Below are positions 9,736-21,626 of a DNA stretch of 47,151 nt, one piece after another (position 1 is the stretch's first letter; the number at the start of each line of letters is the position of its first letter). The position numbers and the translations under genes are program-made. The stretch is from Fibrobacteria bacterium (lineage in GTDB: Bacteria; Fibrobacterota; Chitinivibrionia; Chitinivibrionales; FEN-1185). The DNA lies in assembly GCA_037447435.1 (NCBI GenBank), contig JBBIGR010000013.1, positions 1 to 47,151 on the forward strand, in the 5' to 3' direction. The notes below the pieces were generated by a model, which worked only from the letters and a program-made list of their open reading frames with translations, was not told the origin of the DNA and did not search any database.

Positions 9736-10539
9736 ATGGAAATCACAAAACAAAAAAATAAAAATTTCGACAATCCATCTGGAAAAATCAATAGCGTAAA
9801 TAAATATCTGATGGAGACTGCCAATGTCATTTTATTTATGTGGAGAATGGTTAAGGAAACTTTTTCTCTCGATTTTGAATTCAAGGAATTTTTGCGACAA
9901 TGCTTCCAAATAGGATATAAGTCTCTACCGCTTATTTCAATTACCGGGGTCATTTTAGGGCTTGTGCTTACCATTCAATCACGGCCTGCATTGGTTAAAT
10001 TCGGAGCTGTTGCCATGCTACCGGGTATGGTGGCTCTATCGCTTATTAGAGAAATAGGACCGGTCATAACATCACTTATTTGTGCCGGTAAAATCGGTTC
10101 CGGAATGGGTGCAGAACTCGGTTCGATGAAGGTGACCGAGCAAATTGACGCAATGGAAGTATCCTCGACCGGGCCGTTCAAATTCCTTGTTGTCACGCGG
10201 GTGTTGGCTGCAACCCTAATGATTCCACTTTTAGTTTTATATGCCGATGCGCTTGGGATAATTGGAAGCTGGGTAGGGGCGAATATAAAGGGCGACGTGT
10301 CGCTCATTCTGTATTTTTCACAGGCTTTTAGCCATATAGAACTGAGCGATTTCCTGCCGGCAATAATCAAGACGTTTTTTTTTGGCGCCGTCATAGGGTT
10401 TGTCGGGTGTTATAAAGGATACAATGCGGGACGTGGAACCGAAAGTGTGGGAATTGCGGCAAATTCGGCCGTCGTATTAGCATCTTTACTGGTGATAATT
10501 GTAGACATGATAGCCGTTCAGATCACGGATTTATTATAG
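9736..10539 (+). CDS. mlaE: MlaE family lipid ABC transporter permease
   Basis: REIGPVIT...GAELGSMKVTEQIDAMEV signature. Confidence 0.93.
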   Translation: MEITKQKNKNFDNPSGKINSVNKYLMETANVILFMWRMVKETFSLDFEFKEFLRQCFQIGYKSLPLISITGVILGLVLTIQSRPALVKFGAVAMLPGMVALSLIREIGPVITSLICAGKIGSGMGAELGSMKVTEQIDAMEVSSTGPFKFLVVTRVLAATLMIPLLVLYADALGIIGSWVGANIKGDVSLILYFSQAFSHIELSDFLPAIIKTFFFGAVIGFVGCYKGYNAGRGTESVGIAANSAVVLASLLVIIVDMIAVQITDLL

Positions 10540-10553
10540 AAACGCACCTGATT

Positions 10554-11303
10554 ATGAATTCAGAAACAAAAAATGGCGAACAGGTTGTTGAAATACAAAA
10601 TCTTAAAAAAAGATTTGGAAGCCAGGAAGTATTAAAAAACGTGTCGTTGCAGCTATTTTCCGGTGAGAATCTGGTGATATTGGGAAAATCGGGTTGCGGA
10701 AAATCGGTATTGATAAAATGCATTGTCCGGTTGTTGAATCCGGACGAAGGCACGATAACGGTTCTCGGCGAAAATGTGAATTCATTGACAAATGAATCAT
10801 TGTCAACGATGCGGAAAAATGTCGGATTTCTTTTTCAAAGCGGCGCACTGTATGATTCGATGACCGTGAAACAAAATTTGGAATTTCCTTTGCGAAGGAT
10901 CAGAAAAGGTCTGAGTCAAAAAGATATCGATGAGAAAGTAAAGGAAGCATTGGAACATGTGGGGTTACCCGATGCGATAGATAAAATGCCCTCACAATTA
11001 TCGGGCGGCATGCGCAAACGCATCAGTTTGGCAAGAACTATTGTCGCCGACCCCAAAATAATGTTATACGATGAACCGACAACCGGTCTTGATCCGGTCA
11101 CCTCGGACGAAATCAGCATGCTGGTAAATGAGGTGCAAAAGAAATATAAGACGTCGTCAATAATCATAACCCACGATATTGCCTGTACCCGGACCGTCGC
11201 GAACAGAGTTATCATGCTGCAAGATGGGGAAGTTCATTTGGAAGGCACAATTGAAGATTTCGAAAAGTCGAACGATACGGCGATCAAGGCGTTTTTTAAA
11301 TAA
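10554..11303 (+). CDS. mlaF: MlaF family ABC ATPase
   Basis: Walker A GKSGCGKS, FQSGALYDS, LSGGM, YDEPTTGLDP, ITHD. Confidence 0.93.
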   Translation: MNSETKNGEQVVEIQNLKKRFGSQEVLKNVSLQLFSGENLVILGKSGCGKSVLIKCIVRLLNPDEGTITVLGENVNSLTNESLSTMRKNVGFLFQSGALYDSMTVKQNLEFPLRRIRKGLSQKDIDEKVKEALEHVGLPDAIDKMPSQLSGGMRKRISLARTIVADPKIMLYDEPTTGLDPVTSDEISMLVNEVQKKYKTSSIIITHDIACTRTVANRVIMLQDGEVHLEGTIEDFEKSNDTAIKAFFK

Positions 11304-11330
11304 AATCGGACAATAGCGCGCTCTATAAGG

Positions 11331-12086
11331 ATGTTACTTATGAATGAAAATGTCCAAAAATTCAAAATCCGATTAGGCCTTTTTATTACTGGGGGCCTGG
11401 TTCTATTTACTGTTGCAATCTTTATAATCGGAAAGCAGAAAAATTTATTCAGTCCGGTTTTTAGGCTTTCGACAACGTTCCATAATGTTAGCGGATTGCA
11501 GGTAGGATCCAATATCCGGTTCAGCGGAATCAATGTGGGGACGGTCGACAACATTACAATAATCAACGATTCCACGGTGCGGGTCGATATGATCATTAAA
11601 AAGGACGTGCACCAATTTATCAAGGCCGATTGCGAAGCCGGTATAGGGTCGGCGGGGATAATCGGTGATCGAATATTGATTATTACCCAAGGCGGCAACG
11701 ATGTTTCTCTGGCAAAAGACGGCCAGCGGATATTGTCGAAAGAACCGATCGAAACGGACGCCATCATTGCAAGCCTCAAAGTGACGGCGGATAATACCGA
11801 AATCATTTCAAATCAAATTGCAGAAATAGTCAGCAAGATCAATAGCGGAAAAGGAACACTGGGTAAATTAATTCAAGACCGGGCAATGGCCGAAAATGTG
11901 AGCCAGACAATAGTGAATCTTAAGCAAGGGACAAAAGGCCTAGATGAAAATATGAATGCCGCCAAGGATAACTTCCTTTTAAAAGGCTATTTCAAAAAGA
12001 AAGAAAAAGCCGAACAGAAAGTGAAGGACAGTACTGAGCAAAAAAAGGCCGAAGATAAAAAAGAAATGGAAAAAAAGAAAAAGTAA
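11331..12086 (+). CDS. mlaD: MlaD/MCE family protein
   Basis: N-terminal TM helix, VSGLQVGSNIRFSGINVGTV MCE motif, helical tail GKGTLGKLI. Alternative start 11340. Confidence 0.9.
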   Translation: MLLMNENVQKFKIRLGLFITGGLVLFTVAIFIIGKQKNLFSPVFRLSTTFHNVSGLQVGSNIRFSGINVGTVDNITIINDSTVRVDMIIKKDVHQFIKADCEAGIGSAGIIGDRILIITQGGNDVSLAKDGQRILSKEPIETDAIIASLKVTADNTEIISNQIAEIVSKINSGKGTLGKLIQDRAMAENVSQTIVNLKQGTKGLDENMNAAKDNFLLKGYFKKKEKAEQKVKDSTEQKKAEDKKEMEKKKK

Positions 12087-12211
12087 AGTATTCCGCGTTA
12101 CCTTGTGAACATGGATTACAATAATAACACTGAACAGACCTACCGATGACTCGACATTGGATTTCTCGATCCGAAGGAAGCGTACTTGTTCAGAAGTCGG
12201 AAGGCATTATA

Positions 12212-13636
12212 ATGACAAATCATAAAGCTGTAAAATATGACCTGGGTATTATCGGTTTAGGCGTTATGGGGCGCAATCTCCTTTTAAACATCGCCGGACA
12301 CGGTTTTTTTGTAGCCGGTTACGATAAAGAAATCGCAAAAGTAAGGGATTTAAAAAAGGATTCCCAAAAATATAGGGCTTTGTGTTCGAGCGAAATAAAG
12401 GATTTTGTCGCAAGTCTTAAAAAACCGCGTACGTTTATGCTGCTTGTCCCGGCAGGTGAGCCGGTTGATGCGGTAATTAATGAATTGTTGCCGTTTATAG
12501 ACAAAAGAGACCTTATTGTAGATGCGGGAAATTCCTGGTTCAAGGACACCGATATCCGTATTCGGACCCTCGCGGAAAAAGGAATACAATTTCTCGGGGT
12601 TGGTATTTCCGGCGGAGCCGAAGGGGCGCGAAAGGGGCCCAGTATTATGCCCGGCGGTTCGAAAGAGGCATATGAACGCGTCAAGCCGATTTTCGAAGCA
12701 ATAAGCGCAAAAGCCGACGGCTTTCCCTGTGTGGCATGGTTAGGTCAAAAATCGGCCGGTCATTTTGTGAAAATGGTACACAACGGGATAGAATACGCAA
12801 TGATGCAACTCATTGCAGAAACATACGATCTTTTGAAACGCGGCCTTGACTTAGACGAAGAGGAATTGCACGACGTGTTCAGCGTTTGGAATATCGGCGA
12901 AACAAACAGCTATTTGATGGATATTACCAGTCATATTTTTTCAAAGCAAGATTCGGAAAACGGTACTTATTTAATAAATAAAATTCTCGGCGTGGCCGAC
13001 CAGAATGGAACGGGCAAATGGACTTCTCAAATCGCCACGGAGCTGCAGGTCCCCGTACCGACAATAGATCAATCTGTCGCGATGAGAAGTTTGTCGCGAT
13101 TGATACACGAACGCAATGCTGCGGGTTCCATTTATAATCGGCCGATGAAACCGTTTACCGGTGACCGGCAAACTTACATTTCCCATGTGCATCGAGCGTT
13201 TGGCTTGAGCATGATCATCGTGTATGCACAAGGCCTGGCATTATTAAGGGTTGCGTCCGACAAATACGAATACCGGCTTGATTTTGAAACCCTGGCAACT
13301 GTTTGGCAAGGTGGATGTATCATACGGGCCGAACTTCTTAAAGATATCCGTGACGCATTTCATGCAAACAGCGGCCTTTCGAATTTGCTCTTGGACCCCG
13401 AGCTTTCGAGAAGGGTAATTGCCAACCAGGAAGAATTGCGCCATGTCGTATGCTTTGCGATCGATTTGGGCGTTCCGGTTCCGGCTTTTACTTCAGCGTT
13501 GAGTTATTTCGACGCATATCGCAGCGTTTGGCTCCCGGCCAATCTCACCTCTGCGCAACGAGATTTTTTCGGTTCGCACCCGTATCGAAGAATCGATGCC
13601 GAAGGTATGTTTCATACCCAATGGAAAAATGAATAA
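12212..13636 (+). CDS. gndA: NADP-dependent 6-phosphogluconate dehydrogenase
   Basis: GLGVMGRN, ISGGAEGA, GHFVKMVHNGIEY, GTGKWT, AQRDFFGSH. Start taken at ATG 12212. Confidence 0.95.
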   Translation: MTNHKAVKYDLGIIGLGVMGRNLLLNIAGHGFFVAGYDKEIAKVRDLKKDSQKYRALCSSEIKDFVASLKKPRTFMLLVPAGEPVDAVINELLPFIDKRDLIVDAGNSWFKDTDIRIRTLAEKGIQFLGVGISGGAEGARKGPSIMPGGSKEAYERVKPIFEAISAKADGFPCVAWLGQKSAGHFVKMVHNGIEYAMMQLIAETYDLLKRGLDLDEEELHDVFSVWNIGETNSYLMDITSHIFSKQDSENGTYLINKILGVADQNGTGKWTSQIATELQVPVPTIDQSVAMRSLSRLIHERNAAGSIYNRPMKPFTGDRQTYISHVHRAFGLSMIIVYAQGLALLRVASDKYEYRLDFETLATVWQGGCIIRAELLKDIRDAFHANSGLSNLLLDPELSRRVIANQEELRHVVCFAIDLGVPVPAFTSALSYFDAYRSVWLPANLTSAQRDFFGSHPYRRIDAEGMFHTQWKNE

Positions 13637-13674
13637 AACGAATTTCATTGTTGTTTAAAAAGGAGAAAATAGAT

Positions 13675-14235
13675 ATGGAGCCACGGGGTCCTCTCATGAT
13701 TGAACACAGACTCATCATGCGTATGTTAGCGGTGATAGAAAAAGAGGCTGATAAAATTGATAAGGATAATGTAATAAATCGACCATGTATCGATATCGCC
13801 GTCGATTTTATCAAAACCTATGCCGACCGGACCCATCATGGGAAGGAAGAGGACATTTTATTCCGGAAGCTGGAAAAAAAAGAGCTTTCTAAAGTTGATA
13901 TCGGAATTATGAACGAATTAGTCCAGGAACATGCTTTCGGACGCATCACAACCGCCGACCTGAGTAAATTTACAGATGCCTATCAAAACGGCGATGCGGA
14001 GGCGGTTCAATTGATATCGGTAGCTCTTCGGAAGTTCATTGATTTTTTTCCCAAACATATTGAAAAGGAAGAAAAAATATTTTTTCCTCTGGCTATGGAA
14101 TATTTGTCGGAAGTCGAACAACAAGCCATGCTGGATGAATTTTGGGAATTCGATAGGAAATTGATACATGAAAAATATTCGTCCGTCGTTGATTCGTTGG
14201 AAAATCGGATGGATAATATGGATGCGGTGTATTAA
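13675..14235 (+). CDS. Hemerythrin/HHE domain protein
   Basis: EHRLI, HHGKEE, EHAFGR and HIEKEE metal-ligand motifs. AGGAG RBS before ATG 13675. Confidence 0.88.
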   Translation: MEPRGPLMIEHRLIMRMLAVIEKEADKIDKDNVINRPCIDIAVDFIKTYADRTHHGKEEDILFRKLEKKELSKVDIGIMNELVQEHAFGRITTADLSKFTDAYQNGDAEAVQLISVALRKFIDFFPKHIEKEEKIFFPLAMEYLSEVEQQAMLDEFWEFDRKLIHEKYSSVVDSLENRMDNMDAVY

Positions 14236-14266
14236 AATCCGAAACCGCGAAAGAATGGAGGCAACA

Positions 14267-14521
14267 ATGAGCGACAAAGAATCACGTTTGCATGCTATCC
14301 AGATCCAATTGGAGGACTGGAAAGAAGAAATCGGAAAGCTTAAGAAAAAAGCTTTGAAAACCAATCTCGAGTATCAAGTAGAATTAGGCAACCGGATCTT
14401 GCTGCTTGAAGCAAAAATTGAAGAAGCAAGGGCAAAACTTTTTGAACCGGGAATTGAGAATGATGATATTTGGGAATCGATCAGGAACGGTATAAAGTCT
14501 GCATGGGAATCACTCAAATAA
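14267..14521 (+). CDS. Small coiled-coil protein (sll1863-like stress protein)
   Basis: GGAGG RBS; 84-aa amphipathic helix with QLEDWK.EI..LK...WESI..G...AW pattern. Family call is from recall. Confidence 0.6.
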   Translation: MSDKESRLHAIQIQLEDWKEEIGKLKKKALKTNLEYQVELGNRILLLEAKIEEARAKLFEPGIENDDIWESIRNGIKSAWESLK

Positions 14522-14524
14522 GTG

Positions 14525-14570
14525 AGGTCTTTGAAGAACCCTCGCTATAGCGCAGGTTCTTCAAAGACCT
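14525..14570. terminator. 16-bp perfect hairpin between convergent genes (probably a bidirectional terminator)
   Basis: AGGTCTTTGAAGAACC / GGTTCTTCAAAGACCT with a 14-nt loop. Confidence 0.8.
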
Positions 14571-14581
14571 ATCAATAAAAT

Positions 14582-14929
14582 TTAATGGGGTAGGACATAC
14601 ACGATGACCAGCACGAATCCGACGACGGCAAAAAGCGCATGAAGTCCGATAATTGTTGTCGGAAGTTTTTTCTTAGGAAGATAAAACCCAAAAAACAGAG
14701 TCAACCCGCCGATTGCCGCTAAAATAAAAAGCACAAGCGAAAAGCTTAGGACGCCCATTTTCGCTTGATTCACAACCTTCGTAATCAAAATGATCAGCCC
14801 TGTTACGGCAAAAACTCCGTGAAACACCGCAATACTCAGAGGAAGGTTCTTATTCCCAAAATGCAATGCGGCCAAAATAATGCCGGCAATAGCGGTAATA
14901 GCAAATACGACGATCATTGCTGCGACCAT
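14582..14929 (-). CDS. Small four-TM membrane protein with an internal duplication
   Basis: AAGGAGG RBS, 4 hydrophobic helices, repeated LP.....H..FAV.G motif. Confidence 0.75.
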   Translation of the reverse strand: MVAAMIVVFAITAIAGIILAALHFGNKNLPLSIAVFHGVFAVTGLIILITKVVNQAKMGVLSFSLVLFILAAIGGLTLFFGFYLPKKKLPTTIIGLHALFAVVGFVLVIVYVLPH

Positions 14930-15089
14930 GATACAGTCCTCCTTTTGAATAGTGAATTGACCAAAATAACGTTTAAGAAATGGGTCTTACCAATGCATTT
15001 GCGTAGTTATGATCTCGGCCGAAATTATCGAGTTGCGGCATGCCCTTCTAAACCGCAGTGAAGTCACAATCGACGTGATTGAAATAAAG

Positions 15090-15105
15090 TGCGATAATCG
15101 TGCCA
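15090..15105 (-). promoter_or_regulatory. sigma54 -24/-12 promoter candidate for 14582..14929
   Basis: Minus strand reads TGGCACGATTATCGCA. Confidence 0.65.
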
Positions 15106-15329
15106 ATGTCCCACTTTTGGGCGAATGAGTAATTTTTGTTCCCATTAAGGTTGAATTTCTTGATACTGATATTGTTTTTCTCATAATTGGAATATTTTTT
15201 TTTCAGAATCTGTCCTTAACTATTATTGGCCGATGTGCCACCGCCTCTGTGGTGAAATCGTTTTGGAATAATTCCTGTCGTTGACGGATGGTATTTACAA
15301 TTCTATTGAGTCAGAGAACATGAAAAGTG

Positions 15330-15345
15330 CGGTACATAATTTGCT
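15330..15345 (+). promoter_or_regulatory. sigma54 -24/-12 promoter candidate for treS
   Basis: CGGTACATAATTTGCT, 50 bp before ATG 15396. Confidence 0.65.
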
Positions 15346-15395
15346 CTTTACCTTATGTATCGCATTAATATGACGGCGGTAACGAGGATAATGTT

Positions 15396-18737
<3,342 letters not shown>

Positions 18738-18756
18738 TAGTCGAGGTGTGCGTATT

Positions 18757-18858
18757 ATGTGGATAAAATGGTTCCCCTGGCGATTTATTATATGCGTCCG
18801 CAGATACTGTGACCCAACTCAAAAAGATGTATTCATCCGGCATGAAATATACGGGTAA
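18757..18858 (+). pseudogene. 33-codon ORF, possibly the 5' remnant of a deleted gene
   Basis: GAGGTG RBS, then MWIKWFPWRFIICVRRYCDPTQKDVFIRHEIYG*. It is below the ORF track cutoff. The resemblance to a longer hypothetical family is from recall only. Confidence 0.4.
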
Positions 18859-18911
18859 GAAAAGCAAATGATAGAAGAAAAATTGGCAGGCATCATGTGG
18901 GGGATCAGAAA

Positions 18912-20393
18912 ATGAACCGAGGGTACGGAATTCTCTTACCCCTGTTTTCTCTGCCCTCCGGACACGGTATCGGGGATTTCGGGCCTGCTTCATACAGCTT
19001 CGTGGATTTACTTGCTCATCACGGTGCCGGGTATTGGCAGGTCCTGCCCCTCAGTCCGGGTAATCCTGAAAATGGTGAATCGCCCTATTTCAGTACGTCT
19101 GCCTTTGCAATCAATCCGCTTCTCATTTCCCTTGAGGGGCTTTCGGGGCTTGGGCTACTTTCCGTGGAGGAAATGGCCTCCATGCCAAAGGCAAATTCTG
19201 TAGAAACCATTTACTATTCCGAGGTACGGAGAGTAAAAATGCCATTGCTTGAGAAAGCGGCACAGCGGGTTCATCCCGACCGAAGCTATGAACTTTTTTG
19301 TCAATCAAACCGTTTCTGGCTCGATGACTTCGCACTGTTTGAAGTTGCGAGGCAAGAATATGGTATTCCATTTCCAGGCTGGCCATTTACTTTACGTCAA
19401 CGAGATTCCAAAGCAGTCGAGGTTTTCGGTAATGCACACGGTCTTCAAATCGAGACGTGTAGAAGGATACAATTCTTCGCATGGAACCAGTGGAGGAATT
19501 TGCGGCATTATGCCAATGCTCACAACGTGACGATCATTGGTGATATGCCCATATATGTTGCACATGACAGTGCCGATGTATGGCGTGCGCCCGAACTCTT
19601 CAGGCTCGACAACGACCGCCATCCGATTGCACTTTCCGGTGTTCCACCCGATTACTTCAGCGCAACCGGTCAACTCTGGAATAACCCGGTCTACGATTGG
19701 AAAATTCATTTGGCACGGAATTTCTCCTGGTGGGTTGAACGAATGCGATATTTGTTTTCATTGTACGATATGGTAAGGATCGATCATTTCAGAGGCCTCG
19801 TCCAATATTGGGAAATTCCCGAAGGAGAAGTAAACGCGATGAATGGGAATTGGAAAGATGTTCCTACACGTAAACTCTTTGATGCGCTTCTGTTGGAATT
19901 GAAAAAGTTTCCGGTATTGTGTGAAGACCTGGGTATCATTACCGATGATGTTCGTCGCATCATGAGGCATTACGGATTTCCTGGAATGAAGGTTTTGCAA
20001 TTTGCCTTTGACGATGATGATCCAAAAAATCAGTACCTTCCCCTGAACTACGAAGAGAATTGTTGTGCGTACACGGGGACGCATGACAATCTTCCCACGC
20101 TTGCTTGGGTGAAACGTTTGTCAAATAAACAAACGTTTGAAAGAGTCATTCGTCTGGTTGGAAAACAGCCCAGCGATAAGGAAATCGTCTGGGCTCTTAT
20201 CGAGGAAGTGATGCGATCAAAAGCCGCGGTGGCGATTTTCCCTGTGCAGGATATTCTGTGTATTGGTGAAGAATCCCGGATAAACGATCCTGCCAATGTT
20301 TTGGGAAACTGGAAATGGCGCTGGAATCGTCGAGAAGTCGATGAAGAGGCGTTTACCTGGTTGGCTGAAATAAAAACCCGGACCGGACGTTAG
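18912..20393 (+). CDS. malQ: 4-alpha-glucanotransferase (amylomaltase, GH77)
   Basis: GIGDFG, YWQVLPL, GVPPDYFS.TGQLW, VRIDHFRG, EDLG, YTGTHDN. Confidence 0.95.
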   Translation: MNRGYGILLPLFSLPSGHGIGDFGPASYSFVDLLAHHGAGYWQVLPLSPGNPENGESPYFSTSAFAINPLLISLEGLSGLGLLSVEEMASMPKANSVETIYYSEVRRVKMPLLEKAAQRVHPDRSYELFCQSNRFWLDDFALFEVARQEYGIPFPGWPFTLRQRDSKAVEVFGNAHGLQIETCRRIQFFAWNQWRNLRHYANAHNVTIIGDMPIYVAHDSADVWRAPELFRLDNDRHPIALSGVPPDYFSATGQLWNNPVYDWKIHLARNFSWWVERMRYLFSLYDMVRIDHFRGLVQYWEIPEGEVNAMNGNWKDVPTRKLFDALLLELKKFPVLCEDLGIITDDVRRIMRHYGFPGMKVLQFAFDDDDPKNQYLPLNYEENCCAYTGTHDNLPTLAWVKRLSNKQTFERVIRLVGKQPSDKEIVWALIEEVMRSKAAVAIFPVQDILCIGEESRINDPANVLGNWKWRWNRREVDEEAFTWLAEIKTRTGR

Positions 20394-20407
20394 AGGCATC
20401 TTCCTAG

Positions 20408-20423
20408 CGGCATGATGTTTGCT
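20408..20423 (+). promoter_or_regulatory. sigma54 -24/-12 promoter candidate for the lmo0937-like/YihY/tamBA unit
   Basis: CGGCATGATGTTTGCT. Confidence 0.7.
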
Positions 20424-20474
20424 TTAATTACCCTATGAGCGTTAACATCTTCATCCCTTCGAAAGGATAATAAC

Positions 20475-20624
20475 ATGCTTTACACTATCGCTATTCTTTT
20501 GTTCATACTGTGGTTGGTCGGGCTAATTTCCTCCTATACTCTTGGAGGTTTCATCCACATTCTTCTTATTCTTGCCGTCATAGCCATACTGATCAGAATA
20601 ATCCAAGGAAGAAATCCGGTGTGA
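20475..20624 (+). CDS. lmo0937/DUF5670-like small membrane protein (49 aa; not in ORF track)
   Basis: Translated by hand: MLYTIAILLFILWLVGLISSYTLGGFIHILLILAVIAILIRIIQGRNPV. AAGGA RBS. Confidence 0.88.
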   Translation: MLYTIAILLFILWLVGLISSYTLGGFIHILLILAVIAILIRIIQGRNPV

Positions 20625-20693
20625 CATCCGAAATAGGGAATAATTCCTGCTTACTATTTGACAGAGGATTTGACTATAGGGAGAGGCGTAGTA

Positions 20694-21626
20694 ATGACCA
20701 ATACGCACGCTCTGGAAATGCTGAAAACAGCCTTTGACGAATGGCAAAAACAAAAGGTGCCCCGAATGGCGGCAGCCATCGCATTCTACGCAATTTTTTC
20801 TGTTGCCCCGATCCTGGTTATTGCGATAGCCGTGTCAGGGCTTGTCTTCGGTAAACAGGCGGTGCAAGGACAATTGATGGATCAGATGAAAGGCATGTTT
20901 GGCACCAACGGTGCTGAGATCGTGCAATACATGATTTCAAAGGTAAGCAAGTTCTCATCAAATGTCATCGCTGCCGTCGTTGGCGGGTTGATCCTCATAA
21001 TCGGAGCAACAGGTGTTTTTGTAGAAATGCAGGACGATTTGAATACGATCTGGGAGGTTAAGCCCAAGCCCGCAAAAATACAGATTGCAATATTGGAAAC
21101 TATCCGAACCCGGCTTTTTTCATTCGGTTTGATTCTGGCCATTGGTTTCCTGCTCATTATTTCCCTCGTGATCAATGTGTTTCTCGAAGGATTAGGAAAC
21201 TATTTCTTGCATTTTTCAAGAGAACTTACCGGGTTATTGAACCTCGCCAACCATCTCGGTTCTTTTGTCATTTTTACGCTGCTCTTTGCTTTGATCTTCA
21301 AGCACCTCCCCGACGTCATTATACCATGGAAGGATATTTTCGCCGGGGCCATTCTGACGGCTGCTCTATTCTCTATTGGTAAAGCTCTCATCGGATTGTA
21401 TTTGGGTCAAAGTTCGGTAACTTCCGAATATGGCGCAGCTGGATCGTTGGTTATCGTTTTATTGTGGTTCAATTACACCTCACAGATATTGTTTTTCGGA
21501 GCTGAGTTTACAAAAGTATTTGCCCGCAGGCGCGGGTCAATTATCGCACCCAAAGCCTATGCAACATCATTGGCACATGAAACACTCGAGAAAACGGGGA
21601 CACGCAACAAGTATGAAACGCACTAG
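20694..21626 (+). CDS. YihY/virulence factor BrkB family membrane protein
   Basis: AAAIAFYAIFS.AP, LNTIW, YGAAGSLVIVLLWFNYTSQILFFGAE. Confidence 0.92.
   Translation: MTNTHALEMLKTAFDEWQKQKVPRMAAAIAFYAIFSVAPILVIAIAVSGLVFGKQAVQGQLMDQMKGMFGTNGAEIVQYMISKVSKFSSNVIAAVVGGLILIIGATGVFVEMQDDLNTIWEVKPKPAKIQIAILETIRTRLFSFGLILAIGFLLIISLVINVFLEGLGNYFLHFSRELTGLLNLANHLGSFVIFTLLFALIFKHLPDVIIPWKDIFAGAILTAALFSIGKALIGLYLGQSSVTSEYGAAGSLVIVLLWFNYTSQILFFGAEFTKVFARRRGSIIAPKAYATSLAHETLEKTGTRNKYETH

Noticed and set aside
18838..18853. sigma54 motif before malQ (CGGCATGAAATATACG)
   Set aside because: The -24 element is good but there is no GC at -12, so it was not counted.
21430..21612. N-terminal extension of the TamB-like ORF (similar extensions on treY, treZ, gnd, ACP and AI-2E)
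   Set aside because: These extensions overlap upstream genes or promoter motifs, or lack family-like sequence. Downstream ATGs fit better.
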